A stretch of 64,000 nucleotides of DNA from Tubiluchus corallicola (Eukaryota > Animalia > Priapulida): assembly GCA_030141605.1 (NCBI GenBank), contig JAQGDQ010000378.1:124001-188000 (forward strand), written 5' to 3'. How positions within the stretch are numbered: position 1 is the stretch's first letter; every line of letters begins with the position of its first letter. This document shows, piece after piece, positions 24,820 through 40,300 of the stretch. Below the pieces are notes generated by a model. That model saw nothing but the letters and a program-made list of their open reading frames with translations. It made no database searches and was not told the DNA's origin. Made by a program: the position numbers and the translations under genes.

Positions 24820-25370
24820 TTAATAAGCACTTACTTCATTAAATTGTTTGTTTTGAATTAGATGTTTTAATGAAACCTAACTGAATTTAACTTGAAATTG
24901 TAGCAACGACAGAACGCGTCCGAGAAGAATTGCCATATTGAGAGAGCGTTTGTTCCACCAAAATATGGTAAAATTTTGTAAAATTAAAAACATTTGTTAT
25001 AAATCACCCGTGCGTTGTCCACTAACTAGGGTGGATGATCCTTCTGTCTAAAACATAGTTGCTGAAAATGGTAGTCAGTCATTGCTACAAGAGAAGTTGT
25101 CTTTTTATACTTGCCTGAACAAGGTGGGCAGCTATAAAATTATTGCCAAATATTAGTTCGCGTGCGTGTGTGTGGTGTCTGTCTGTTTGTCACTAGGTTT
25201 CTTATTTAAGACAATGTCTATAGCTTGAGTGTAGGTTTTAGTCAGGATATTACTGTACAGACATTTTAGATTTTGTCAGTGATATATTCTTCAAATAGTG
25301 GCCAATGGTTATTTTGTTTTTTCTGTAGGCCTAGTTTGTGCTCTACGGTGTGAAGTAGTTTTCTGTAAAG

Positions 25371-28300
25371 ATGAGCATTCATGCGTATGAGCTAGTACCT
25401 GTCATTGAGAGCCTAGGTGAGTCTCCTGTACCGCCTCTTCATGGCAATACGAAGACAAAACAGTCAAAGTCACAGGTAAATTTTAATCAGAGTACTATAG
25501 CATGATTAAGTTTGTCATGCAACATGTTATATTTAGGTAATGTAATATCTATTGATTTATTTATGTTATTTTGTTTATTTTATTTTATACTATTTTATTA
25601 AAAAGTATAATCTAATAATTTTTAGCGGTGCTTGTCTACTTTCTTAGTACAAATTGATGCGTAAACTTATTTAACTTAAGTCTGATTGCCTGTCTAATTA
25701 ATTCTGCTGCTGTATTGTATGTGCTGATTTTAAAATTAATCTTGTATATTTGTATCGTGTGCAATAAGTTTTCACTTGATGATGATCATTTTTTGCAAAA
25801 TGCTTTGGGGTAAATGAAGCCATACTTTCAAAAGAAATAATGTATAAATATGTTGTCTGGCATTTCACTTAAGAGTCAGTCTATGTTTGGCTTCCTAATT
25901 ACATTTTCTTCAGTTATACACCATATGTTTTTGTAATTTTACCGCAGTTACTATAGACAAATTTTGCATGAAATTACTAGCAACTTTCCGTAGCTGTTCC
26001 AAATTATTTTCCGCAGTTTTTCATACAGTGTAATAGCAGTACATACAAGCAGTGCTTTTTGTCATACAAATGCAATGCAATCATAACCAGAACATTTTTA
26101 TGTGAGATTCACCATAAAAATGAAACATGTCAACTTCATCAAGAATTCTATAATTTATTTAGGTTTAATATTATAACTGTTAATATTAGTAATCTTACCT
26201 CATCAACTTTCACATACAGTAGTCACCACTTAATAGACTCACGGTTAATAGACTCCATCTCTTAATTAACTCAAAAACGTCTGGCTTCGATTCTATTCAA
26301 ATATACATAAAAACTATCGGTAATTGACTCAAATAACTTCGCTTAATTGACTCAACATTTTTCCTTCACTTACTTAAAATAAGATATTTTTTATGTGCCC
26401 AAACAGCCTTTCCTACTTTTATGTCATCTTTACTTCCCTTTTGTGCATTATACATGTAGAAACAATCATGTTAAGTACCGTTTTGTTGGTAAACAGGTAC
26501 GTTTATCTTGGGCTAATAGGCTAGCGTAGCCGTTTTGCTTTGAATTTGTTACCCGCTCGCTCCTCTGCAATTAACCTCATTACCCAAACAATTTCTGGAA
26601 GCTAAACTTGCCTAGCGGTTTCCTTTTCATGGTCTAGTTGCAAATCACACTTTCAGGCTTAATGAATTAACAGTCAAAGATGTACAGTATAATCAGCCTG
26701 TATTCCTTTTGACTTACAAGTGTAAACATCGTACAGCAAATAAGAGGAATGTAAGTGAACAGACGATTCAGCTCTGTTTTAGTCACGCACAACAACAGAT
26801 TTTCAACGTTTTTACAATTACGAGAACTTTGTGGGCCAACTTCTTCACGAGAAAATGAAGCAGCTAACTTTGAAGGAATTTTTGTAATTTTTGCAAATAA
26901 ATAGACTTGTGTGATTTGAAACAGTACACTTTAATTTATTGTTAATTCATTTACATAAATTAATATTTTAAAATGTTTTTTTTTTCTAATTTTTAACTAC
27001 ACAAAGGAATATAGGCATTACTTTGTTTCTAAAATTGATTAAAAGCCTTTGCAGTGCATAATAAGCTGATGACTCATACTTCTATAGCAGTAATAATACA
27101 CCTATTGGTTAATAGGTTCAATCAATTGGGTCAAAACACGTCGGTCCCAAAATGAGTCTATTAAGTGGCGACTACTGTATTTGGTATTAAATCTGTAACT
27201 AAACATGATCAAATTGTTATTATATTTCACGTAGGGTACACAATTAATGCAACCAAAAGATTCTGTCATAGAAATTAGTCAAAATTCAGAACTTTAGCAA
27301 TACTTTGTTTAAAAATCTGCTACCTTATCTAGAGTATAACTGTAAATTTTCTATGATGCTTAATTATCAATTCTATGCATACCGTATTTTGTAATTTTCT
27401 ATGTATGTACAAGCCTGGGGAACAAATCAGTTTTCATAGGCTATTCACTTTAGCTTTACAATATGATGAAATAAAAAATACATTCATAAAGAATTTAGAC
27501 GTTTATAGTCAGGTGGGAAAGCTGCATAATTTCATCTTCATAAAAGGTGTGTTTATTTGTATGTAAGAATGTTTGTTATGTATTATATTTTGTTATTTTC
27601 AGTTGGAATGCTTGGAGTCGAGTGGTAACCACATATATATCGGAACTAGTGACGGGTAGGTTAACTATTAGAAAATGTCGATTTCTGTTTTAGGTAAATT
27701 AATTTGTTTTTGTCACTACGCAAAATCATACTGTTGCAAAATAAAAACACTTAATCTTGATGACTGTAGTGGGATTTCAAGGTAACTAGATTTGCTGTAA
27801 AAAGGCAGTTTCCTATCCTTATTATGGAATTATTTTATCTACCAATTAATGCTGTTAATGCAATACGACTAACCAGATGACAGTCAATTAAAATTAGCTT
27901 TCAAAGAAGCACTGCAGAAAGAAAAGAAACTACAAGGCTGACAGCTGCTGACTTAAATCAATTTCATCCGAAAAGATCGTATCGAACATGGTATCTTATT
28001 TAGATATCAAAAATACAAAGACAGGTTGCTGGTGACAGAGCAGCATGGTCAGAAGTGACTGCAAGGGTCATGTCAAAGGATGTGTGACTTCAGAGATGAT
28101 GATGATAATGCAATTCAAATTAATGTTCTTGTTGCAAAAGTTGAATAATGTATCTTCACGTAATGTGTTGGTTTGAAACAATATTTTTACTAATTCTTTT
28201 GCGAACGTTCCTCGCTTTTTGCATGTATATGTTCTGGTTCTCAGTAGTTTATTTGATATGACAAGCACAGTGACCGTAATATGTTGCCATTGATATTGTA

Positions 28301-31300
28301 TAAATATGTGCTGCCCCAATCTCCTATAGTTTATTTTTTACATTTAATCCTTGCAAAGATGTATTGCTTTTCTGAGTGCTGTAACTATTTAATAGATTGA
28401 CTTGCTAATTGTCTTACTTACTTATTGTGTAGCTGCGTGTTCGACTTCAGTTTTGTTGAGAAGAAGCGGGAAGGCCAGATTTTCTACGAATGCCGCAAAG
28501 AAAGGCAAAAATTATTTGCACAGGTAATTATTTATTAATAGTTATTTTTAGTTCTCAGTCCTTTAGTGGTATATTATCATATGTATTGAATACTCTATTG
28601 TGTGGAAAACATAGAGTAATTTAGATGTATTTATAAAGATCTCAGTTTCCCAATAATAATAACTTAAAATAACTTAAATATATTTTGCTTCAGTTATAAT
28701 GCAAAATGTCACTCATTGATTTTTGGAATCAGACCTTCTGTAGTTTCTAGAGTTGGTTACAGAGATGTTACCGGAACGAAAATAAAAAAATGAAGTAGTA
28801 TTAGTAAATAGCTGACCTTCTTTTTTCTCCTAGAAGTTAAAAACCGCTGAAAAAATCATGGCTAAAATAGTTCAACAAAATTAAAAATATCATTTATTTA
28901 AGTTTTTGTACTATTTTTAGTACTTAGCATGCTTTTTACTGCAACGTGGTTTGTCCTCAATGCTGACGACTGAGAAGCTTTAAGATCTCCAGGCACAATC
29001 ACCCGAAATGACAAAGCGTCATTTGAATAAAACCAAGTTTAATTTTATAATTAATGAGATATAGATAAGAAAATATTTACAACATTAAATTTGTTAATTT
29101 TTTTGAAGCATCATGATCTTTAACTACAAACATTGTTCTACGTTTTGGTTAAGATTTTTGCCTAACTACCTCATCAAGTTTGTGCTAGAGCAAATAAAAT
29201 CAAATAAGCAAATACAAAGTATTTTACTTATTTCAGAATTTTGTTGTTTTCAGTTTTAATAGTAGTTGGTTTTGCAAAAATGCTTTCTCTTCAATTTTAT
29301 TTTGGTATCGGTTTCCTATGTTTTATAAATTTCGGTTTCAGTATGTAATCTCAATTTCGGTAGCATCCCCGGTTGACTGTGCTCTATACTTGCACGTTTT
29401 AATGTCTTACAAACATTATTTCAGAGGAGACCCATAGACTTGCTCAAAACTGCCTCGGCTCTGGACAGAATTCTAGTGCTCACAGATGCAACCGTATCCA
29501 TGTTGAGTATGATCGACTTGGAGGTGATTTATAATCCCTTTTCACATTAATAAAACTGTTGCATGTTCTGCAAAATTTCTGATTGACTGCCGGAAGAGAA
29601 CCGTTTATTTCTAGTTTACGAACGTAACTGGTTATGAAGAACAGGAGTGGTTTCATTCGTTTCTGACCCAGACATTGGCTTCCTTTTCTAGTTTACGTAG
29701 TGAGGTGTATTTATGCAAAGTAATTTGCTGTAACTGTGTGTTAGTGCATCACTTTTCTGTTAAGCTCATGATCGAAAGCTTGTGTACAACAGGGACATAA
29801 GTCTAAGTCCAACAGTTGCCAATCATGCTCCAAAAGTTCCCCAAGTAGTCGTAAAGCATTTGCGGTTGTCCAGCTTTCTTGCCAAAAAGTTTCTGGCTTT
29901 GGCAAATTTTTTTATAAAGTTTAGAGTTTGTCGTTGGAGTCGCAAAAACTTGTGACGTCGCCAAAAGTTCTCCAAATTGTTGTAAAGTTGTCTGTGCTAA
30001 ACCTGCGCAAATATGTGATGTTCATCAACAATTTCAAAAGCTACAAAAACTTGGAGAACATTTTAAGACGCTTTTGAGAATGCTGCGACGACCTTACGAC
30101 TGTCTTTCAACATTTTGGTGACATTTTGGAGAACGTCGGTTGGCCCGCACTTCTTTCCTTGAAAATTTCCGGAAGTGATCACAAAAATACTCGTGCGAGT
30201 CATACAACAATTTGCCATGTCACATCTGACCCACAGAAGTCGCCAAACATGTGCAAACTTATGCAATTTTCTGCAAGAAAAGGGTGACAATCACACAAAA
30301 TTATTTAGAACTTTGCTCTATTGTTTTGCGACAAAACACAGTCATAGAAATGTTTTGGTGACTGTTCTACTTGGAAATTTTTTGAACATAGGAAAAAAAT
30401 TCACGGCCCCTTGATAATTTGGCTTTATTATTACTTAGTTTTGTTGATTACTGTAGCTGTATTAATTTTTCATTGTTTGATTATTTGATCTGATGCAGGG
30501 GGTGCCATCAGCAGGCAGAATAAAAGGAGTTGCCTGGTTGTGCCTGAATGAAAATCCAGATGCAAATAATCCTTTCAGCGTACAGGTAAGATAATTACTA
30601 TTTGCCATTTAAGGAGCAAACAATAAATGTTAATAACTAATAACTTTAGCTTATCCTCATAAGGTACGAGGAACATCTGGGTGGTCACAATGCATACTTA
30701 GCAACAAAAGTTAAGTGCTAATCAACAGATGGATAAGTAAACAGCTTATTGCTGTTGGTCAGTTTCAGCCGCCTGCTTATTTCTTGAAGGAAGATGTTTA
30801 CAACTTTGCACATGGCTGAGGCACTTCTGTTGGTTCACTTGTTCGTTTTAGAGACTTATCCTTGATAATAGGTGATCTATTTTTCGCAGACGCATTACTA
30901 CTCTTTGGGCACATACAAATTTTAATTGGTTGAAGGAAAAATACTGAATCAGTTATGCGGAGTTATTTGAGTCAATTACTGACAATTTTTATGTACATTT
31001 GAACAGATGTGACCCGTATCAGACAGTTTTGAGTCAATTAAGCGATTGAGTCCATTAACCACGAGTCTATTAAGCAGCGCTTATTAATTGTGCAAACTAT
31101 TTGCAGGAGAAAAAAGGTTTATATTCACGAAAATCTCTGTGTTGTGCATTCGAGCAAATTCATTTGCTGTAATTTGGTTTTTAGATATGTGTAGCAATGA
31201 AAAAGAAAACACTTCAGCTTTATGTAGCGACGGAAGACAAGATAATTCACGAACGTGATATAATTTTGCCCGACTTTCCGATAAGTTTGGTAGGTCATTA

Positions 31301-34300
31301 AACTTGTAATTGACACATATACAGGCAAGAAGTTGTTTTTGTTTTTTGTTTGCTTTGTTGGAGTCATTTGTAAAGTGAAGTCATTTTCTTATTGCTTTAT
31401 TATTCTGTTTCACGTATTTTGCTGTTTTCTGAGTAGAGATATATTCTTTAATTTTTTATGCTTGTACACTGCTTAAATGCATTAAAGTGCCTTTTCTCAC
31501 GTATTACTTTACTTATCGACTGCTCACTGTGTGTGAAATTTGCTTAGCCAGTGTTTGCTTTAGATGCAGGTCACAAATGTAGAGTTTTGTGGGGAAGGAG
31601 CGACAGGATCATGCCTTCAGTGCTGCTAAAGGCAGTTTATATTTCACCGTTCATTTTTACAAAAATAGTGTATAAATTTTAGGACAATAAGAGAAATGAG
31701 ATGCGAATAATTTCTAGATCATTAATTTCTAAAGTCATTACGATAGCCCGCATTTGAAACCCAATGCAACTGAAGCATTACTTATGGTAAAATCTGTGGC
31801 TTAAGTTTACAATTCTTACACACATGAAATTAGTCCGTGAAGTGGATTAGGGTTAGGTTGAGGGTTAGGCTTGGTTTAGTGTTAGGATTAGGTATAGCAT
31901 TGGGGTTAGTGTATTTAAATTGTGTAGGCAATGGTAAATTCCTTCCACTCCTATCTACTGTGACTAATATTTCTATTGTTTCTTATTGCAAATGCATTAC
32001 TGTCTCTTGTAGGCGATGGATGGTGCTAATATATGTGTTGCTTTGTCTGATCAATATATCGTAGTAAATTATGAAACCAATGTTATGCAAGATTTGTTTC
32101 GTTACGAAGCCGAGTCTACGTTACCTTTGATTAGACGAATTGGACAGGTAATTCAGTAATTATGTAGACGTGTTTAAACGTGACGTTATTTGAAAGCTAG
32201 CCAAAACTGTACAAAATCTTTTGCTCGTAAATGTACAAACAATGATGTGCGAACATTCTACATAGTTCTTTACTGTCTTTGCGCTTTAATAGGTTGTTAA
32301 GTACTAGCATTAATTTTACTTAACACAAAGCAGAGTCAGCAGCTTTTACTGCAGCAAAGATATAGGCAGAGGACAATGGGGTGATGTCAGAACAAAGCAG
32401 CCCTGAAATATGCACCGTAGAAAGGGCTATCCAAACATTACAGGAGTCTCGCCCGGCACTTTCCCATTCTCTAGAAATAAGCGGTATAAACAAGTATAAA
32501 AATTGCGAAAAACCGTTCAGAAAGGGCCATTTTTGGAGGTTTTTCGCCCCCCATTCTTCTCGGATGACCCGCTTAGAAAAATAAACCCTCAGTGGGACGG
32601 ACCACACTACATTAAGACATTTTGTTTGATATGCATTCTGCCGAGAATGGAGCAGTTGCTGGTGCTGTAGCCCAGGGCGTTATATACACAAATATACCAC
32701 AGAAATTAGTTATATAGATGGAATGTGATCTCTCATTTTCAAGAAAGTAACTTTCACGTAATTGGACACCTGTAAGCAACCAGTGAGCTCTGTGGGTGAG
32801 ACAAACTGCCGTTTGGTGATCGCTGATGCTGATAGCACTGTTCTAAGTGTTTTAATGCAAGAAGAATATAGTGTGAAAATTTCAGATGTGCTGGTTTATT
32901 TGTTGTTCATTAAAGTATGAATTGTAATTCATAAATAACTATTTTTAGTGGATTAACAGCAGTAATGCACGAATATCACTTTCTTATTTATCTCTAATCA
33001 CAAAATCTGCAGATTTACGTAAAATTCGACGTAAATTTATGTAAGATATACAAAATGAAGGCACAAACTAGACTGTGTAACTTATCGTTAAACATTTTTT
33101 ATTGTATAATTATTATCAATAATAAACTGCTTGTCAAAAGAATTTTACTTGTCGACGATAGTGACAGCTCACGCTACACCACCCACCTGATGCCACGCCA
33201 CCCAATACAATCCAGGTCATGACAAAACAAAAAACGTATTTGAAATCAGGTAAATTTTTGCGCAGGCAATTTGAAAATCTTACACACCTGCTTTCGAGTA
33301 AAATCTGCAAATTTAGATATTAAAAAGTCCACGATCTACAATTACTATCTGCAGTCTGCAAAACCGTAAAATTATTGAGGGTCGAAGGACCGAAATATGA
33401 CACACACTTATTGCATTTATTGGCATGTGAACATTGTATCATCAAAAACTGCTGTCTAAAGGTTAGTGCATTCTGTATTCTTGAGATCAACTCAGAAATA
33501 AACTTTCTTCACACTTTGTAGCTGTTTACCCTTTCTCACCTGGTTTGTAACTGCTTTATCACTTTCTCACGCTTCTAGGAAGAATTCTTGCTTAGTGGCC
33601 CAAGTTCGCTTGGCATGTTCGCAAACGCCGAAGGCATATCGAGACGACCTCCAATACAAATGATTGACAGCTTACGGGATGCGTGTTTCTATCATCCATA
33701 TGTGTTGGCCATGAATAACGAATTTATCACCGTTCATAGGTGAGCAATAAAATAACTTGTGTCTAAATGAACTCTGTTGCTATAGTTTGTGCAGGACTTT
33801 TTAGACTACAAATTGTTATTAAGAATAAGTGTAGGAACTGTGCGATGAAAAGTTCATAATGAGTGACTATAAAAATGAGCAAATTAAATGATTACAATTT
33901 CTGAGAATTTGTAGGGCTTTATAGACAAATTTCTATATTGTATTTTTTAATTATTTATGAGTATGCAACAGTTAGTGAGTGACCGAGAAAGATTACAACA
34001 CTTCGGACTTACATTACTTAAATACAGAAGGCACAGACATGATATGATTCAGACATTGGGAATCCTCAAGTGTACTGAATGAATTGACAGTAACAAACTT
34101 GAACCTTAGAGCTATTGCAGGACAAGAGAGCATTCGCTTAAAATTAACAAAAAATCTCTTTCTAATTTTTTTGGAAGAGGACAAAAATTCTTTGCAGTTT
34201 GTGTTATAAACTCATGAAACAAGCTTTCCGAGAACATAGTGAATGCTTCTTCAGTTTCACAGTTTGAAGCTCGATTGGAGTGGTCTAATCATCCTGAAAA

Positions 34301-37300
34301 ATAGATTAATCCTAGACGCCGTGAGTGGTGGCAAGACACTTTGATTGTTGAGGGAACCTGATACGTCATCATTGTAGATGAACACAATGATATTATCTTC
34401 CCACTCGTATTGTTATGCTACCACCTGTTAGAACAGTAACACAAGTAAAACATCCAAAGACGATTAGAGGTGTAAAAAGCTACCATCTATGCTTAAACCC
34501 TATCTGTGCTATAAGTTATAAGATGTAAGCAATAATCACCCAAAAAAGATTGGGGGAGGGGTAAAAGGTGATCAGTTATGCTGAACTCCTATCATTGTAA
34601 GCTGTACGTGATTATAGTATCACTGAAATAGAAAACTTATTTGTAGTTTTACAAAATTCACCTCTGAATTTACTTTTGTTTTTCTTATGCGTCATTTCTT
34701 CTGTTTACAGCTGTTTGGATCAGCAACAAAAACAAACAATGCCGTTTACAGGCGGCAAAGTTTTGGGTAACTACGACGGTCGAGTTTTCGTAGCTTCTAG
34801 TAGACAAGTGTACAGCGCCGTTCCCGTATCATTTGAAAAACAGGTATCTTTGCTTCTGTATACCACAGTAATAATAAAAAATAAAGGTCATTATAAAAGA
34901 TTTATTTCTTTAAGAATATACAATGTCATTATGTTGATTTACATTTAGTAAATAAGATTACGAGATTGTTAATATAGGAGAGAAATACAACACAAAATCA
35001 CACAAGACAAAATTACACAATATGCATGCTTATGCTAAACATTATACACCAGTGCTAACATATAGCAGCTTATGGTTAGTGATGAACAGTTAATAGATAA
35101 TAGAATTAAACGAAATTAGCAGTAATTCAATTAAACGAGATTAATCAAGACAAAATATACATGGTACACACTGACTAAAGGCAGGGTTTTAGGACAAATA
35201 AACAGAATCCATGCATGTTTTTTCATTTTTCTCACCTTACGCAATGTGCACAATTGCAAACTGGGGTCGTCTAATTAGTTTTCACGTGGGATGTGTAGTG
35301 ACATAGTAATAGAGTAGTTAATGAATTTGCATGTCTATAAAAATAGTTTGCAAGTACAAAAATAGCCGACAGTGGCTAAACCCATGAAGAAGTTTATAGG
35401 TTGTATTTCAGTAATGCAATATTTGAAGAATATGGCTAAAACACTAAAAAATGCCGCTGAAGATTAATCGTGATATCGAAATGCAAGAACAAGATTATAA
35501 TCCAATTACAATATTTCAAAATCGCCCATTGCTGCTTATGGTTATGCAATCATTATGTATAAGCTACAGTTGCAGTCATGAATTAACCAGTTTACAGTAA
35601 TGACAGTTGCTATAGTTGGAGTTTGCATCGCTTCTTTAGTAGTGTGTTTACAGCATACAGCATCTGTGATACAGTATCTTGTACTTTGTTATTTAGATTC
35701 AAGCTTTACTGGATGATAAGAGAGTAACGGAAGCATTGGAGCTTGCAAGGAATTCGTACAAAACTGGATTGAGCCAGGAAAACTTTGATAAGGTCATAAA
35801 TTACGTTTTTTACTTCCCTCTTTTGTATAACTTGGTTGATAATGTCAGTGTTAACTTTCTGATTTTATAGTGGCTAAGTCCAAATTTATCGTTTACCTGC
35901 TTGTGGATTTCTGATGTGATTGTTATTAAAGGAAAATGGGCTGATTTTTCATACCCTACTCCATTTTCAAGTATGGTAAAAAGTATAAATTTTTACACCT
36001 AAAATAATGCCAAAGTGTTTTTGATAGTTAAATAATAGGTTAGAAACTTAACTAATGACATGTGAGCGTTAGTAGTGATGACATCACAACTAAATATAAT
36101 TTTAGCAGCACAAACATTCCGTAAACGTGTTGCACGTGTTTGTGAAAGTGGAAATTGAAATACAGTGCTACTATTCAACATTCAGTAAACTCTGCAAATT
36201 TTAAGTTTAAAATTTAATTTTCAAGTATCATAATTATATGAACTGCCGAACATGTGTACTTCGTCGCAACCGAACAGCTCTGTACTCGGAGGTACAACAT
36301 CTGCTTTTTTGGGCAACACGTTTCAGAAATGCAGGCACTAATGCCCATCTAACTAGTGAATGGTGAAATGCTTGTAACAGCAAAGAACTAGCCACGTGAA
36401 CACGAAATTACCATTCTGAGATAATAATACTTTCCTGTAAGACATTTTTTAAAAAAAATAGTATGTTCCCTTTCAATATTTTTTGCAGTAGATTATTTTG
36501 AGACGTAGTTTAAAATTGGGTCCGGTTTTGCTTTTATGAAATAATAATTGGATATATTATTATTTAGCAGCTTTTGTTGACCAGAACCTGCTATACATGT
36601 TTCTAACTAGAATACTTTTTATACACAATATAAATATATTATAAAGATATTAGCCTAAACAAGGCCAGTGACTACTTAATAGTAGAACTATAATCTACTT
36701 TTCATGGTGTGGTAGGACTGGAACGTGGTAATTATCAAAAATAATTCTCTAAAATTGGACACTGAATTTGTAGAGGGTCTTAATAACTTGTGGTATTAAC
36801 ATTCTAATATCACATATATTTACACATATATATGTTATACAACGAAATAAAGATACCTAGAACCAGTTTTTCCGATGGTCACCTAGCCAGTTACTTGCTA
36901 GGTCAGCCGCACACTGATCACTAAATTACTCTTTTCATCCCTAAAGTTTTTTGTTGATACGTATTTGTAAATTCTGTATGTACACCATCGTTTCTGAAGC
37001 TGTAGTATTTATTTTATGTTATTTCCATAATACAGATGATTCAGAGATTACAGCAACAGGCTGGCTTCATAGAATTTGCCCAGCTTCACTTTGAACAAGC
37101 CAAAGAGAACTTTGTGGCTGGTTGTGTGGATGTGAGAGAGGTTTGTGACATTATGTGATTCTTTGTACTAGTCGTAGTACAACTTAAATTAGTTGCACAA
37201 GTTCAGTAATATTCGTTGTTCCAATTATTGCACCAAAGGCTTGAGCAAAAATGTTTCTGTTGGCGACATTTCTTAAATGTTTAAACGATTAGCTTGAAGT

Positions 37301-40300
37301 ATCTCTAGTATTTGACTTGAAAGTGTTCTGTGTGTTTATTTCGTTTACTATATTTGCTTCTGAGCCTGAACTTCACTTAGCACATGAGCAATTTTTAATA
37401 CAAGATTACTGTTGAAGATTTCCGTGTAATCGTTGGAAATAAAGTTAGCTGCATACTTTGAATATCAAAAATGCACATTAGGTGGAATTGAATTTTTCAC
37501 TGCAACAAAATCGTTACTAGTTTTTAGAAGCTAGAATATTTAGTTAGAGTTTGGCTGATTTTGCATAAACTATCGAGTATATTTTATATAAATTATAATG
37601 CATTTTAGAGTGTAGCTAAAATGCACAGGTAATTACATTACATTTGGAAATGGTCTTTAAAATTTGGGCTACGATGTTATAGAAGTTACAAGAACTTAAT
37701 AATCTAAAGTCCCATGTATTTAATAACAATTTATCATTCACTGCTGGTGCTATTACTTTTAGTGCTAGCAGTTCACAGACTGTACACATAACACAAACCT
37801 AGTTTATGCTGAAACAAATGTTCAACAATTTAAACTGTACAGCAATAAAGTAAATAGGTTTGTCGTTACTTTCTTTAGGTCATTAGTTTGTATCCGTTAC
37901 TGTTGCCAGAGTCGTCAAACTTCATGCGATCTGTGCCACCGCTGCATGACATTGCTGACATCCGGCAGGTTACCCGCGGCAACCAGGAACAGATGAAACA
38001 ATGCAAACTATTCCTGGTGGAGTTCCTGCACGAAATACGGAAGACCAGTCAGTGTTCCCACTGTCGAGAGGTGAGTATTGTAGTTAGCGTAGCTGCCTCT
38101 TTGGCAAAAGCCTTAGGTTCGAATCCGATGGTGGACAAAAATTTTGCAGTTTTTTTATTTTCTTACTTTTGAGTATCTTGTAAATGTAAATTAATAAACC
38201 CGGTTGAGTTTCTAAAATCTCTTTTTCTGTTACTTAGAAACCAGAATGACAAATATTCATAGGTTTTTATCCTTATTGTTTGTTCTCTGAATTAAAACTA
38301 TGGGATTGTTGCTTAATGTATGCTACTATATGACTGATTTCTTAACCCTTTTCACTTTGCAGGATGTTGACACAGCTCTGGTTAAGTTGTGCTCTGAGCT
38401 GGACAGCGACGGTCTCTCAGAGTTGGTCATCTCCGACTGCAGGGCCGACGTGAGGAGCTGTTTAGAGTCCATGCAACGTTATCATCGTTACCACGCCATT
38501 GCGCTGCTGTACAGAATGCGAGGAGATTATCGGAAAGCTCTTGACTTGTGGAAACGGTATTGAATCACAGATGTTCATTTGTTACCACAATTGATTACCG
38601 ATTTCATGAAAATACTACAGTCAATCTTGGGTATAAGATACTCGCTTATAAGGGACACTCGCTTATAAGGGACCATCAACAACGGTCCCGATTTTCGTAA
38701 CGTTTTTCGTATGCAAAAATCTTCGTATATAAGGTACTCGGATATAAGGGACTTTCGGTTATAAAGGACGATATTTTTATGTCCCACGTAATAGATACCC
38801 ATGTAAATTACCTCGCATATAAGGGGCGCTATGATCAAAGCGAAATTGATTGATCTTTAACCTCAATTTTTCGCTCCTCGACCTTCCAACTGCTCGGTTT
38901 CTGTAGCCACATACATCTCGCATCACTAAAGGAGCTCCCTACATACTGTATGCACTGAATGTGTAGCAATAATCCATAAAAATATGGGTAAACGTACAGA
39001 AAAGTACAGGTCTAGATACACCTTCGGTCTGACTCAACTCTGGCTATAAGGGACATTTGATATAAGAGACGTTTTTTCCGGTCCCGAGGTGTCCCTCATA
39101 TACGAGGTTGACTGTATGTGGTTTACCCGAAACATTTGTGTGTTTTGGATGTTCACTGGATAATCTTGTAATTTATAATGATCTTCCCTCAGTATGTGGT
39201 AAATTGATATTATACATAATGGATGCTTGTATTAACAATTTTCCATTATTTTTGCATTTTTGCAATAATATTAATGGTCTGGCCCAACTGTCATTTTCAA
39301 ATGTCATTTAAGACTTTTGTGAAAAAAAAAACACAATTTCATTGATGTGCAGTATGTTTATTTTTTCACTGTCGGAATATTTTTACATTTGTGAAATTCT
39401 GTCACATAAGATTTTTTGGTTCGGTCTATTTGTTGGGTTGTGCTTGAGAAGTATCTTATGAAGTAAAACAGCTTGAATCTTATGATTACAGATTAGTAGA
39501 AGGGGAACTCGTGGAGGACGGACGCAAACCAGAACTGCGCTTCATATCAGAGACATTGTCAGAGTAAGCAGTGCTTGGATAAATTTTAGTTTTTTATTTA
39601 ATAATGAAATAGTCTGATATGAGTTGTCTTTTGTGTTAACTGAGAGTCGATAGCCAATTGTTTGTAAATCAGAAATTCTTGATTTGCTGATAAATACATT
39701 TCAGAATGCGTACTTTTAAAAACAGAGTGTTTTATTTAATTTTTCTTTCATGGATTTATAAAATTTGAAATAAACGACGAGCCTGATTCGGTCTGTAAAT
39801 ATATCTCATTTTTCTAAATTTTTAATTCTTCGATGCAGTTTTGCTTTTTTTGTACATTAACTTATACTTACAGTCTCTTCAGAATAACAAATAATTTAAA
39901 ACGTACTTCACATTTATTTATTATTTGTTAGTTTAAGAAAAGACATCAACAAGTTACTCTATTAACATTCAGTTATCATTGTATCATTTGTCAAAATTTA
40001 TGGAATAGTTAATATGTTTCTAGTCTGCATGACGTGGATTTGATATGGAGTCACATGGATTGGTTAGCAAGGAAAGATGCAGATGCTGCGTTGAAGGTAA
40101 TATTTTATCTTTAAAATTATTGTTAACAGTCAATTATGGAACAATATTTTGTTTTCTAGTATCGATACTGTTTAATAACTTTGTCTCTAATACCCTGTTC
40201 ATAAATTTATTTCCCTTTTGTTTATTTTTGTTGTCGCGAGTCATTTTTTGATAGTTGCTGCCCTTTTTGACTTTTTAGTATAATTTGTGCTGTTGTACAG

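Noticed and set aside
38080-38150. tRNA gene (also 3197-3250, 6110-6170 and 49330-49405)
   Set aside because: A/B-box-like motifs are present but there is no complete cloverleaf or acceptor stem. Treated as SINE heads.
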